A stretch of DNA of 61,059 nucleotides, filler included, from Stramenopiles sp. TOSAG23-6 (Eukaryota): the NCBI GenBank assembly GCA_900128565.1. It is 13 parts of 13 records of this genome, joined end to end, with 100 filler letters (N's around TTAATTAATTAA, not from the genome) between each part and the next. Parts side by side here need not be neighbours in the genome. Positions count along the whole stretch, not along the records: positions 42,419 to 47,009 come from LT637119.1; positions 47,110 to 51,699 come from LT637120.1; positions 51,800 to 56,379 come from LT637121.1; positions 56,480 to 61,059 come from LT637122.1; 9 more parts are not named here. The stretch is one strand, 5' to 3'. Both the position numbers and the translations under genes were made by a program. Below are positions 45,379 through 56,546 of the stretch, in pieces (positions within the stretch are counted from its first letter, which is position 1; each line of letters starts with the position of its first letter). Below the pieces are notes generated by a model, which searched no databases, had not been told where the DNA came from, and saw only the letters and a program-made list of their open reading frames with translations.

Positions 45379-46419
45379 ATGGTAATGATATCATGTACAG
45401 CACTTAGATTTCTCTCGCGAAATCCGCCTAGATATAATTTGGGGTTTTGCCGTCGTAGTCGTTCATGTATTGCGAGCCATAGCTTTGCCTTCTCAACAAG
45501 TTTTCACACACCGGAAGCCCGCCATTTAAACCAACTGCGTACTGGAATATTTTCCCAATCAAAGGAGAAAACTTCCAAAATACATTTATTTTCAAAGAAA
45601 TACATACATGCAAAACACTTTTCGACAAGTGTTGATATAGAGAATGAAACTAATTCAGCACCTTCACTACAAAGTGACGACTGGATTGAGTGGGAAAAGC
45701 GCACGTTGGAGATTAAAGGTAAAGAACGCACATATTACTATCATCCAGATACCCGGCAAACAATATGGTCCCATCCTTCTGAAGGATTAGTAGTGGCTAG
45801 TGGCTTTAAGCGATTCTGCGCTGGATTATTAGATTTGACTGCTTCTTTAGGCTGTGGTACAGCAGTTGGTTTTCAAATGGCTTGGGAGCTTGAACAACTA
45901 GAATTGGCGCAGTTAGCACTAGTAGTATGCATGTCAACGTTTTTCGTTTTGCGTGATGGCATTTGGGAAGCCGGTACTCGATCTTTTGGGAAGCGAGTCA
46001 TGTGTTTAGAAATTGTTCAAGTTGACGGGCAACTTCCTGCTCGTTATCAATGTCTTATGAGGAATGCAATTTTTCCAGCTTGTCCTGCTTTAGTGGAAGC
46101 AGCTCAAAACCCAGTCGGTAAATTATTATGGGCTGCATTCTGTGTTGACTTTTCCCGTATTTTTTCTTCGCAAGGAAGACGTATCGGTGATCTTTCATTC
46201 GGTACAATTGTTGTAGAACAGTTACCAGAGCGTAATATTCGTCTAGATTATTTAAAAGCACAGAGACAGAAAGCGCAATTTACTCGTGAAACTGGTGAAG
46301 CTTGGATTCCACAAATTGGAAAGTTATCACCAAAGATTATTCCTACTGTATCTTTCAAAGAGTATATACAGCAGTTGAAGAATAGATTACTAAAAAAAAA
46401 AAAAAGTGGGAAAGATTAG
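45379..46419 (+). CDS. RDD-family membrane protein with WW-like domain and organellar-type presequence
   Basis: W..YYYHPDTRQTIWSHP; KRFCAGLLD, SFGKRVMCLEIV, GRRIGDLSFGTIVV. Confidence 0.75.
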   Translation: MVMISCTALRFLSRNPPRYNLGFCRRSRSCIASHSFAFSTSFHTPEARHLNQLRTGIFSQSKEKTSKIHLFSKKYIHAKHFSTSVDIENETNSAPSLQSDDWIEWEKRTLEIKGKERTYYYHPDTRQTIWSHPSEGLVVASGFKRFCAGLLDLTASLGCGTAVGFQMAWELEQLELAQLALVVCMSTFFVLRDGIWEAGTRSFGKRVMCLEIVQVDGQLPARYQCLMRNAIFPACPALVEAAQNPVGKLLWAAFCVDFSRIFSSQGRRIGDLSFGTIVVEQLPERNIRLDYLKAQRQKAQFTRETGEAWIPQIGKLSPKIIPTVSFKEYIQQLKNRLLKKKKSGKD

Positions 46420-46476
46420 CAAAATAGAAAGGATTAGATAATTTTGCTTTTGCAAACTGTTTTAAATGAAATAACG

Positions 46477-46581
46477 TTCCTAATGAATTATAGTAGTATT
46501 TTTCATTATATATCAACATTATTTGTATTTTCCTAATGAATTATAGTATTTTTCATTATATATCAACATTATTTTTATTTT
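46477..46581. repeat. ~52-nt intergenic tandem duplication
   Basis: TTCCTAATGAATTATAGT..ATTTTTCATTATATATCAACATTATTT occurs twice. Confidence 0.85.
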
Positions 46582-46617
46582 GAAAACCTTTTAAAAATAA
46601 GGAAGAAAATAGTAGTA

Positions 46618-46955
46618 CTAACTCCATCTAGGATCACCCACCAAACCTCCTCCACTAGATGACCTAAATCTAGCATTATTTGAATTTATCCGTGTATCGC
46701 TGTTGTGTCTTCCAGGTCTACTATATGAGCCGGGTGAACTATTCGGTGTATTACTGCCCGATTGAGAATTATTACTACTAGTTCTATTACTCACTACACC
46801 CAACGTACTCATGTCGGTACCTTTTTCAAATTCCCCTAAAATAGATTTTACACCTAAGTCTGAGTCTGGTGAATTGGTTGCATCATTCTCAGTCATTGAC
46901 ATATAAATACTCTGTAACATGACTGAGTAAGCACGAGATCTTTTGAAGCGTGTAT
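46618..46955 (-). CDS. Last exon of an unknown gene, after a family acceptor at 46956
   Basis: AAAATACAT| then open frame to stop. Confidence 0.55.
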
Positions 46956-47161
46956 ATGTATTTTGGAAAAATATTTCAAAAAAAAATCGTTAGGTACAAA
47001 ATTTCGTACNNNNNNNNNNNNNNNNNNNNNNNNNNNNNNNNNNNNNNNNNNNNTTAATTAATTAANNNNNNNNNNNNNNNNNNNNNNNNNNNNNNNNNNN
47101 NNNNNNNNNACGAAATTTTGTACCTAACGATTTTTTTTTGAAATATTTTTCCAAAATACAT

Positions 47162-49508
47162 GGATCGTGTAGAGGCAGCTAAAAAAAAACAACGAAAAAA
47201 AAAACAATTACTTCTCGCAGAAGAAGCAAGACTTGCCGCAGAAGCAAGAATTCGCATCGCGAAGGCTACCGAAGAAGCTGCTACAAGAAATGCTCTCAAA
47301 ATTAATGATAATGAAGGCGATGGAGAAAGTTCAGAAAATAGTGATTATGATATTTATGGTAGAAAAATTGAAGACAACACGGCAAATGATGCATTAAATT
47401 CAAATGAACCTCGTCAATCACACAGTGCTGGGGGTGGTATTGCAGGTTCTCGTAAGCGACAGAAAGCTCAAACTGCAGTTGAATTTTTAGAGGAATCTTC
47501 TAATGCATGGGAGTCGAACGAACCAGTTGCTGCACCGCGTCGACAAAGTAGTCAAAGAAATAAACAGAATTTTAGCTCGCGAAAGAACAGAAAACATCAC
47601 AATAATAGACGACCTCCACGAATGCGTGACCGTTCTCGCAAACATAAGCGAAGGACCTCATCACAAGTTAAAAGTAATAAAGCGTATGGTGCAGCTCCTA
47701 CCCATGATGCTATGGTAAAGAAAATGTTAAGTCTCAAATTGAATGCACCCCGTAGAAAACCATTAAAGAAGAAATCTAGGAGAAAGAAAAAGACTAAAAC
47801 AATGAAAGGTGGTGCTTTGGATTCTAAGAAGCAGACAGTAGTACTTGGTCCCTCAAGTTTGCACAATAAAGATAAATATGATAAGAATGGTCAAGAGACC
47901 GAAATCTTTCAGAAAAGCAGTATTCGTCCGCGTGATAAAACTATTGACAATGATACACACATAATAAGTGGGATTGCTGGTCTATCAGCCCAACCATTGA
48001 AAAAGGATTGGGTTCGTGTTAGTGTAGCAGATAATACTTTAGAAAATGAAATTCATCGTAGTGTAGCAGATAATACTCCAGAAAGTGAATTTAATAATAT
48101 ATTACAAATGAATCTGTTACAAATGGCCGGACTTGGTAGTCAAACAAATCTCGAAGAAGTAGAACTGAAAAGGCATGACTCCGACAGCACCAACTTTCTA
48201 TTGAACGATCCAAAATTTAAGAGATTATCAGAGAAGAGGGCAATTTCAAGTCGGGCACAAACTGCAATGACAACAAATTCTGGTGTTTTGCGAGTATTGT
48301 ATGCTGATGCTGAAGCTAATATATCAGATGATGGAAATCTTTCTGAGTCGTGTGATTCAATAAATCAACAAATTTCTCGACGAGCAGCAGCAGCAAGTGC
48401 AAAGCGCAAACAAGCAAAACATCAAAAGTCCAAAGTTAAACCTTCAAACAAAATGTCACCAGTGGCGTATGATTTACGCATGACACGAGGAAATGGTGTG
48501 CCTACAGTACCTCATGTTCTCGATACATCAGAAGCACTAAAAGCAGTTGCACTGGCCCGAGAAAATGGAGTTCAAGGTTTAGGTAATATAAGTCCAGTAC
48601 GGGCCACAGCGGCAAGTAATAGTGCATGGCGACGTAAGCAACAACGAGAAAATTCACCACGAGCAAAATCAATATCCCCTAGGGTTCGTTCATCATTATT
48701 GAGGCATCAAGTGAATCTGGAGCATACTCCAAATATAATTCTCAAAAGTTCTGGGAAAGCATCTGCACGACCTCGAGAAGATTTATCACAAAACGAATAT
48801 GATGTTGTAGACTTTAAAGAGAGACCACCTCATGAGATTGGAAGTGATGGTTTTGCTGCACAATTACGTAAAGTAGCAAACAACAGTCACAAGTATGCGG
48901 AGCATCATTCAATAGATAATAGCATCGATAATGACACATTGAATGATTCATTTGAACACTCCAATGATATGTTGATGGACTTGGCGTTTACTGCATCAGA
49001 TGGAAGAGCAATTACAAGACATGCTCAAGGCAATCAAAAGAATGATCCAATACAACAAGATGAACAAACTGATGATCAAAATGAACAAAATAATCAAAGT
49101 AATGATCAAAGTAATGATCAAAGTAATGATCAAACTGATGAACAAAGTTCAGGTCGGCTTCTAGATTTAATGTTTGCAAGTAATGCTGATAGAGAAATGA
49201 CTAGATATTCAAGCATTTCAGCTTTATCTTATCAATCCAACGAAGACAATACACTTAATTGGCGCGGTGTTGCTGAGACAAAAGCAAAAGAGAAACGAGT
49301 TGATCCTGAGGATGGACAATATTATACAAGGGATGAATTTTTACAGGAATATGGAACCCAAGAAGGGAGTAAGCGCTGGGAGAATTCAAGGCATACTGAA
49401 TTGAGAATTGATCCGAATGATGGTAGACCATATGATAAAAGTTCATTTATAAAAGAATACGGGAATGAAGAGGAATGGAACAGAGCACAACCACTTCACG
49501 TAGTTTGA
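47162..49508 (+). CDS. Last exon of a large low-complexity protein with two C-terminal R(V/I)DPxDGxxY..F..EYG..W repeats
   Basis: Family acceptor at 47161; 780-codon open frame. Confidence 0.7.
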
Positions 49509-49583
49509 GTAAACAACATTTATTTATATTACTGATGCGGCTTTCATGAAACAACAATTAAATAAAACTAACTAAAAATGTAT

Positions 49584-49901
49584 CTATACCGCCTGAGAAA
49601 GTCTTTCGGCCTCTTTTGCAAGTTTTTCATATTCAGTAGTCATTTCATTCATATTACTGTTCAAAACAGACAACTTTTTATCAGTGTCAGTCAACACCGT
49701 TTGCTTTGACTTCTTATCAGTAGTCCCTTTGACCACAAAATGGTCGCGTTCTATTTGCTGTATCAATTGATCATTTTTCTCAAGCAATTTTTCACTATTT
49801 TTAAAGTGTTCCGCAAGTCGAGGGGAAGCTTTTTCAACCAGAGAAAGTAAATTAACCACCTCATCTTTACTGAAGCTAATATCATCTTTTGACGAGGACA
49901 T
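49584..49901 (-). CDS. Small coiled-coil hypothetical protein
   Basis: 105-aa ATG ORF with heptad character. Confidence 0.55.
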   Translation of the reverse strand: MSSSKDDISFSKDEVVNLLSLVEKASPRLAEHFKNSEKLLEKNDQLIQQIERDHFVVKGTTDKKSKQTVLTDTDKKLSVLNSNMNEMTTEYEKLAKEAERLSQAV

Positions 49902-50156
49902 TTTCTAGCGTTTACTCTGATATAATACTAAATATTAAGGGGTCCTGTTGATAGATGTAAAGAAATAGAAAGTTAAAACTTTTGTAATACAGTTGAACAG
50001 GATTTTGCGTGCATAGTACGGACCGAGGTAGACGCAAACTTTACAAATTCTTTGTTGGCCAAGGTGCTTGTTCATGATGATTGTGTCAAAATCGAAATGC
50101 GATTTGAGATTTTGAGATTTTAACAACACCAAGCCAACACAGTTTTTTTCTTATTA

Positions 50157-50170
50157 TTAGGGTTAGGGTT
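50157..50170 (+). repeat. TTAGGG tract between divergent genes
   Basis: TTAGGGTTAGGGTT. Confidence 0.65.
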
Positions 50171-50277
50171 CAAGATCTGCATTTGATTCAATGATTCTCT
50201 CGATCTTCTTTCAAAAGTACGCTGGGGGAAGCAATGCTTGTTAAAAAATGATGTTGTAACTTAACTAAAGTGGCCCT

Positions 50278-51610
50278 ATGAATCGTTCATGGCACAAACG
50301 AAACATAGGTATTCGTAACCGGCCTCAACGTCGTTTCCAACTTCTATTGTCGCGTGCAAAAATAATAGGTTTTCATCAGGAGCACAAAAATGATGGCTCA
50401 CCTGTAACTACTAGATACGTTATTGATGTTGTGATAGTAAAGTCGTCTAAACATAACGTGACACGCATTACAACGTTAATTAAGACTGAGAATGATATTT
50501 CTGAACTTGAAACATCTTTTGTACGTTTCCATAGTCTCACACCTTCACCAGTATTCAATAGATCTTGCTCTATTTTAGGGCCAAATGTGGACAAAATGAC
50601 AGAGCGTGTTCAACATCTCAATAGGTGGTTTAAATATATCATTACAAACTCAAAATTGAATTCATCGGCTGTGTTCAAGAATTTCTTTTTGACGGGTAAC
50701 ACTTCGTATTTGCAACGAAGCATTCCCTCCAATTCTACCTTTCCTTCGCTATCTCCGTTTTTTACAGGTTTTTTCCACGCCTTGAGCTTACCACTACATT
50801 TATCATCCAAGACACTGAAAATTAGATTGCCATACGTTTCAGCGAAAAATATTGATCTTGTTCTAGAGGTATCAAAAGGTTCATCCGTCAAATCATATCG
50901 AGATAATGAAGTTGTGCATAATATAATAAGCTGGGCTAACCTTCAGTGGACAAAATGCGAAGAATTTGACATTTCAATAAACCACCCAAATACTACTGAA
51001 AATACACTACCAAAAAAAGAAATCGTGGACATTCTCCTCCAAGGTTTAAGTAATAGAATTTGTAGTGTTATTCGTCCTACACTCTGGTTCAAATGCTCAG
51101 GAGCTTATCAACTTGCGGTAGATGCTGGAGCTGATGAAAATGTAATCATAACTTCTTCATCGACTTCAATGATGTATGTTTTATCTTTTTTTTTTAACAA
51201 AAAATCGATTTGTTTTTTAGTACGAAATTTTGTACCTAACAAATTTTAATTTTTTTTTTGAAATATTTTTCCGAAATACATATACCAAAGGTATTGGCAA
51301 CAGTCAAAAATTACGGATAAAGTAATGCATCAAATTAAGCTCGATTTAAAAAGATCTGGCCTTGTTACTCCAAATAGTATGAAATCTCTAGAAAGAATAC
51401 TTGTCGCTTTTGTATCACGAAATAAAGGAATTTCATATGTCCAAGGTATGAATTTTCTCGCGGCAACCTGCCTCCTTGCTGGTCTGCCAGAAGAACAAAC
51501 ATTTTGGGTCCTTTGCCAAATTATAGAGCAACGACAGTTACAGTATTATGCAAAGGAGTTAGAAGGGTTATATATTGATATATTTGTAGTTTCAATTCTC
51601 CTTCGAACGT
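50278..51610 (+). CDS. PX-like plus TBC (Rab-GAP) protein, partial; exons 50278-51173, 51282-51610
   Basis: QIKLDLKRS, GISYVQGMNFLAA, EEQTFW; GT-AT intron 51174-51281 keeps frame. Confidence 0.85.
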
Positions 51611-51799
51611 GTACGTTTTATTTTTTTCAATTTTTTTATCTAATTTTTTTTTCGTACGAAATTTCGTACCTAACAAATTTTACAAAAAAAAATATTTTTN
51701 NNNNNNNNNNNNNNNNNNNNNNNNNNNNNNNNNNNNNNNNNNNTTAATTAATTAANNNNNNNNNNNNNNNNNNNNNNNNNNNNNNNNNNNNNNNNNNNN

Positions 51800-52333
51800 T
51801 TGAAATGGGTAAGAAGTCAAAATCCACCTTGTCCGTGGGATGAATGGACGTGTTCTTGTGCAGCTGAACATGGTCACTTAGAATTATTGAAATGGGTAAG
51901 AAGGCAAAATCCACCTTGTCCGTGGAATAAATATACAAATATTCTGGCAGCTAAAAATGGTCATTTGGAAGTGTTGAAATGGGTAAGAAGTCAAAATCCA
52001 CCTTGTCCTTGGACTGAATATACGTGTCAGGATGCAGCTGAATATGGTCACTTGGAAGTATTAAAATGGGTAAGAAGTCAAAATCCACCTTGTCCATGGA
52101 ATACACGTACATGTCGTCATGCAGCTAAAAATGGTCAATTAGAAGTATTGAAATGGATAAGAAGTCAAAATCCACCTTGTCCTTGGGATGAAAATACTTG
52201 TAAATGGGCAGCTTATAATGGTCATTTAGATGTATTGAAATGGTTGAGAGAAATGGGGGCTCCAGAGTATTCAGAGAATGATTCAGTTTTGTATGAATTT
52301 TCATCAGATTCATCTTTTGAAGAAGATTACTAA
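51800..52333 (+). CDS. Ankyrin-like 26-aa tandem repeat protein (LKWVRSQNPPCPW...), 5'-truncated
   Basis: Near-identical 78-nt repeats, AAxxGHLEVLKW. Confidence 0.85.
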   Translation: MKWVRSQNPPCPWDEWTCSCAAEHGHLELLKWVRRQNPPCPWNKYTNILAAKNGHLEVLKWVRSQNPPCPWTEYTCQDAAEYGHLEVLKWVRSQNPPCPWNTRTCRHAAKNGQLEVLKWIRSQNPPCPWDENTCKWAAYNGHLDVLKWLREMGAPEYSENDSVLYEFSSDSSFEEDY

Positions 52334-52566
52334 AATCAAATTCATTTCAAATTAAGGCTATATTTTAAAATAATGAGACAAAAAGATGTATTTTGTAAAT
52401 TATAAAATAGTAGTATTTTTATCATTTTCTTGTTTTTTCGTGTAGGAAGTTTTTCGGTTAATTCCAAATAAAATAAATTTATTTTTCTTGTGTACAGAAT
52501 AATAATAAATGGTGGAAAGCATCAAAATACATATAAAACAAATACAATAAAATTTTAAACTATTTT

Positions 52567-55500
52567 TTATTTGGTTATAGTCACATTAATCAATGCGACA
52601 ACTGTCTTTTCCCCTCCAGTACCATGATTACCTCGGTCACTAACTTGAACTTTGATAACATCGATACCTCCTGAAACACAACCGTCTCCATTCCAACATA
52701 TATATTTGAGATTATATAGTGCATAATTAATATCATCTAAAGAACCAATAAATTCCATGCTCTGGTCAAAAACACCATCTCCAACTTCAAACTTCAGTCC
52801 TTCAACTGAGCTAAGGGTAATACGACCACCATTACCAACACCGTCGACACCGCTGCTAGTGGTTGTCACTGTAGCAATGAGAACGCGCGGAGATCGCTCC
52901 GCACGATCATTTACGTCTACATCATCAACAACTATACCACGAATACTAAGTTCGACCTCAGCCTTTGTTGAATATGATCCTGGTCCTGGGCCGCGCTCCC
53001 CGTGTATTCCAGTTGGCAGGGATATCTGTGGTGCATCATTGACAGCTTCAATCCAAATATCTATATAATCACTTTGGACTACATAAGTATCATTAACTGC
53101 AATATGAAGCATATCTTCGCCTGATTGATCCAACTTCCCTGTATAACTAACTGCTTGCAGTGCATTGTTTATATCTTGAAGCTTAGCTTCAAATTGCATT
53201 GAACTCTCGCCTTGTCCCCCACTCAGGAATGTAATATCTTTGGTTTGGCCCAGAGATATTTCTCCCTTACCACACCATAAATCAACCAACATAAGTTTGT
53301 CACCTATATCACTATCTTTGATTGTGAAACTCTGCATACGTCTGTCATTGTTAGGCCATGATGATGGTATATCCAAATCTTCTGCTCGTTTAATCACAGC
53401 GTTTGCTGAATAGACCAAAGCGCCACCAAACCCAAACAACGATGGTGGATTAATTAGTTCCATCTTAGGATCAACGTCAAAGTCTTCAAACGTATGATCG
53501 AATGCGCGTTTCGTTCCAATTGTCGTACCATCACTTAGCCAAAGTTCTGAGCCACCTGTGCCTGTTGGGTGTGTCAAAGGGTCAGTACTTCTTCGAGCAG
53601 AGAAAACTAAGCGTTTCGGTAAATTTGCGTTATTTTTCTGACCCCTATTTCGAAATCCTGCGCCCGACATTGGATCAAATACTGTGAGTAAAGATGGCGT
53701 TGAGCTGGAAATACCAGGTGATATATCTTTTAGAAGTATAGTTCCATTAGTTGTGCCGTCGGAACGCCATAACTCACGTCCGTGTATACCATCATCAGCC
53801 TGAAAATACAAGGATCCTTCAAATACTGTAAGAAAAGATGGGTCTGATCCTGTAGCACCAACATTGATATCTTTTACAAGCGTTGGTGTAGGAATTGCAC
53901 TTCTTGGACCAGAAATAACTGATTCTGAAGGGTATGTCCATTTTCTTAGTTCTGCTCCATTTACTGGATCATTCGCTGTAAAGAAGAGTGTTTCAACTCC
54001 TGAGATATCCATAATTGTCAAATGACGAGGAAAGGAGCTTTCAGTGCCAGGCCATATGTCTGAAATAAGTTCAGTACCTCTACCCGTATCATTTGTAATA
54101 ATCTCTCCATCAATTGTTTTTGTACTCGTGTGCAACTGGCCATCGGATATCCATAACTCAGTTCCCTTCATTCCATCATTTGCGGCAAAGAGCAGACGAG
54201 GACCATCAGATGTGTTCAACATGACCAAATACTCGGGATTTGATCCAACCCCACCCAATCGAATATCCTCTATCAGCACTGTATTTTCCCTAGTACCATC
54301 CGAGCGCCAAAGCTCAGATCCATGAGCAAATGTTTTTGCCGAAAAATATAAGTGTCCTCCCATTACAGTGAGAAAAGAAGGATCTGAGCTATTTTCTCCT
54401 GGATACAAATCAATAACACGTCTTGTACCATCCCAAGTTCCATCGGTTTCCCATAGTTCTACGCCTTTTTGTTCGTTTCCAAGTAAACAAACAATGCCAG
54501 CGAATTGTGTTGTCGTAGGATCATCATAAATTACTTTTCGTACTTCACTTTGTCCTGCATGTTTGAAAGATCCTGTTTTATTTGAGTCTTTAAAACGAAA
54601 ATACTTGCGGTCGGCTGTAGTTAAGGCACCAGGTCGGTTTCCCGCGATATCTTTTTCTCCTACAGTTCCCCAAGAATATTCTTTCCACCCACATCTACTC
54701 CAATAAACATATGGTACAGTGTCATGGTATGGTGTACCAACTGTTGCGCCAGCATTCTCGCGTGGAAGTTGTACACCTGGACCACTTCGCATTCCTTCTT
54801 CATCGCTTGAAGTTGTACGAAATCGTGCATCTGCCTCGGCAGTTGTTGCCCAGTGGTATCCTAGAGGACAATCATATGAGCGATCAGGATCCCATGTTGT
54901 TGAAGCAGACACGGCATACCAAACATCTGAATGAGAATCACTTTTACGCCAACCATTACACTCATCTGAATCAACTGTTTTTGATAAAGGAGAGTTAGAT
55001 GTCGGGGAGTTTCCTCTGCCAATCATCCAAGTAGTATCAACCCCTTGTCCAGAGTAATACAACTTATTATTAAATGGTGTGATAAACTTTGGGTTCGCAC
55101 TTTCGGGACCAGGGTAAGAATCTTTCACTAATTCTGTTCCATCTTTAGTGCCATCCGAACGCCACAACTCCCTGCCATGAATACCATCATCTGCTGAAAA
55201 ATATAGTCTACCCGCTTCGTTCGTTGCACGAACGTCAATCGAGCTGGATGCGTCATACTGTACAAACCACGAAGGGGATGATGATGGATTGAATGGATTT
55301 ATATCGCTGACCATTCTCTGTCTCCAGTCTACACCAAGATCTCCTAAGTCTGTCACACCTTTTTCTTGAAGTGCTTGCATTGCCTTTAGTGCATCAATAC
55401 GTTGTGTCGTTTTACTTTCTCCAGCCGGTAATGTTTGTAATCTTTCATCATCGGCGGCATCATCTAGTTCAATAGCAGTTTGCTTTGCATTGTTTGCTCT

Positions 55501-56379
55501 GTCTAATGCAACACCATCGCGCATACTATAAACATTGTCATACATGCCAATAGTCACCGTATCGTGAACAGGACGAAGAATCTCTGACCACCACAATTCA
55601 TAACCTGTTTGCATTGTCGAAGCATGTTTTGTCTTTTGTGGTTCATAGAATGTTCCTATGATTCGGAACGTCCCCTCTTCGTGAATATATTGAGTTTTAG
55701 TACCATCCTCATTCGTTGGGACATCAATAGTTGGGGGATCATTTGTAGGGTGTATGGTAATAGGAACACTCTGAGAATCTGACAGTATGCCGCCAATTCC
55801 AGAATGCCCATTATCACTAACTGATATATGAATCATGTCATCTCCACTCCAATTAGAAGGTCCCTGATACACAATATTACTAGCTAGTGTTGTGTTCACG
55901 GCATTTCCATGACCTTTAAATCGCACTAAACGATCTTTTTTGCCACTGCCTACCAGATATACAAGCCCTACTACATCATTATCAAATAAACTTATTGTAC
56001 CAACATCCGCAGATATTGTTACAGTAAGCTCATGGGGGTCAAAAAGATCTACATCGCGTACGCCAAAACCAGGCATAGGTAATGGTGTATCTTCGTTGAC
56101 ATAATTACGTTGAGCTGAAATTATTTTGTAAGATAGTCCATCGCCAACTAAATTATTTGCATCTCTATCGTTGGCACGTACATCTCCAGGGACATCGAGA
56201 ACAGGGGCATCATTTACCGAATCAACGTGTATGTATACAGTACACTTATTAACTATAGGATCCGATGAGACATTCTTACTTGAATTGTAGTAGTGATTAT
56301 CGTGATCCTTGTCTCCTCCATTTCCATCATGTACTGTAAATGTGATACGCTCGAGACCGTTTTCTTCGCTATTCCAATT
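52567..56379 (-). CDS. Large ELWxxDGT-repeat protein with cadherin/Ig-like domains, 5'-truncated, no intron in 3.8 kb
   Basis: Multiple GRELWRSDGT motifs; VNDAP, VSDxGxxG. Confidence 0.85.
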   Translation of the reverse strand, partial: NWNSEENGLERITFTVHDGNGGDKDHDNHYYNSSKNVSSDPIVNKCTVYIHVDSVNDAPVLDVPGDVRANDRDANNLVGDGLSYKIISAQRNYVNEDTPLPMPGFGVRDVDLFDPHELTVTISADVGTISLFDNDVVGLVYLVGSGKKDRLVRFKGHGNAVNTTLASNIVYQGPSNWSGDDMIHISVSDNGHSGIGGILSDSQSVPITIHPTNDPPTIDVPTNEDGTKTQYIHEEGTFRIIGTFYEPQKTKHASTMQTGYELWWSEILRPVHDTVTIGMYDNVYSMRDGVALDRANNAKQTAIELDDAADDERLQTLPAGESKTTQRIDALKAMQALQEKGVTDLGDLGVDWRQRMVSDINPFNPSSSPSWFVQYDASSSIDVRATNEAGRLYFSADDGIHGRELWRSDGTKDGTELVKDSYPGPESANPKFITPFNNKLYYSGQGVDTTWMIGRGNSPTSNSPLSKTVDSDECNGWRKSDSHSDVWYAVSASTTWDPDRSYDCPLGYHWATTAEADARFRTTSSDEEGMRSGPGVQLPRENAGATVGTPYHDTVPYVYWSRCGWKEYSWGTVGEKDIAGNRPGALTTADRKYFRFKDSNKTGSFKHAGQSEVRKVIYDDPTTTQFAGIVCLLGNEQKGVELWETDGTWDGTRRVIDLYPGENSSDPSFLTVMGGHLYFSAKTFAHGSELWRSDGTRENTVLIEDIRLGGVGSNPEYLVMLNTSDGPRLLFAANDGMKGTELWISDGQLHTSTKTIDGEIITNDTGRGTELISDIWPGTESSFPRHLTIMDISGVETLFFTANDPVNGAELRKWTYPSESVISGPRSAIPTPTLVKDINVGATGSDPSFLTVFEGSLYFQADDGIHGRELWRSDGTTNGTILLKDISPGISSSTPSLLTVFDPMSGAGFRNRGQKNNANLPKRLVFSARRSTDPLTHPTGTGGSELWLSDGTTIGTKRAFDHTFEDFDVDPKMELINPPSLFGFGGALVYSANAVIKRAEDLDIPSSWPNNDRRMQSFTIKDSDIGDKLMLVDLWCGKGEISLGQTKDITFLSGGQGESSMQFEAKLQDINNALQAVSYTGKLDQSGEDMLHIAVNDTYVVQSDYIDIWIEAVNDAPQISLPTGIHGERGPGPGSYSTKAEVELSIRGIVVDDVDVNDRAERSPRVLIATVTTTSSGVDGVGNGGRITLSSVEGLKFEVGDGVFDQSMEFIGSLDDINYALYNLKYICWNGDGCVSGGIDVIKVQVSDRGNHGTGGEKTVVALINVTITK

Positions 56380-56546
56380 NNNNNNNNNNNNNNNNNNNNN
56401 NNNNNNNNNNNNNNNNNNNNNNNTTAATTAATTAANNNNNNNNNNNNNNNNNNNNNNNNNNNNNNNNNNNNNNNNNNNNCTTTGATTTTTTTTGTTAGGT
56501 ACGAAATTTCGTACGAAAACAAAATTAAATTAAAAAAAAAACCTAC

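Noticed and set aside
4635-56479. Regularly spaced TTAATTAATTAA motif flanked by N runs
   Set aside because: Artificial six-frame-stop linker between size-sorted contigs; not biological.
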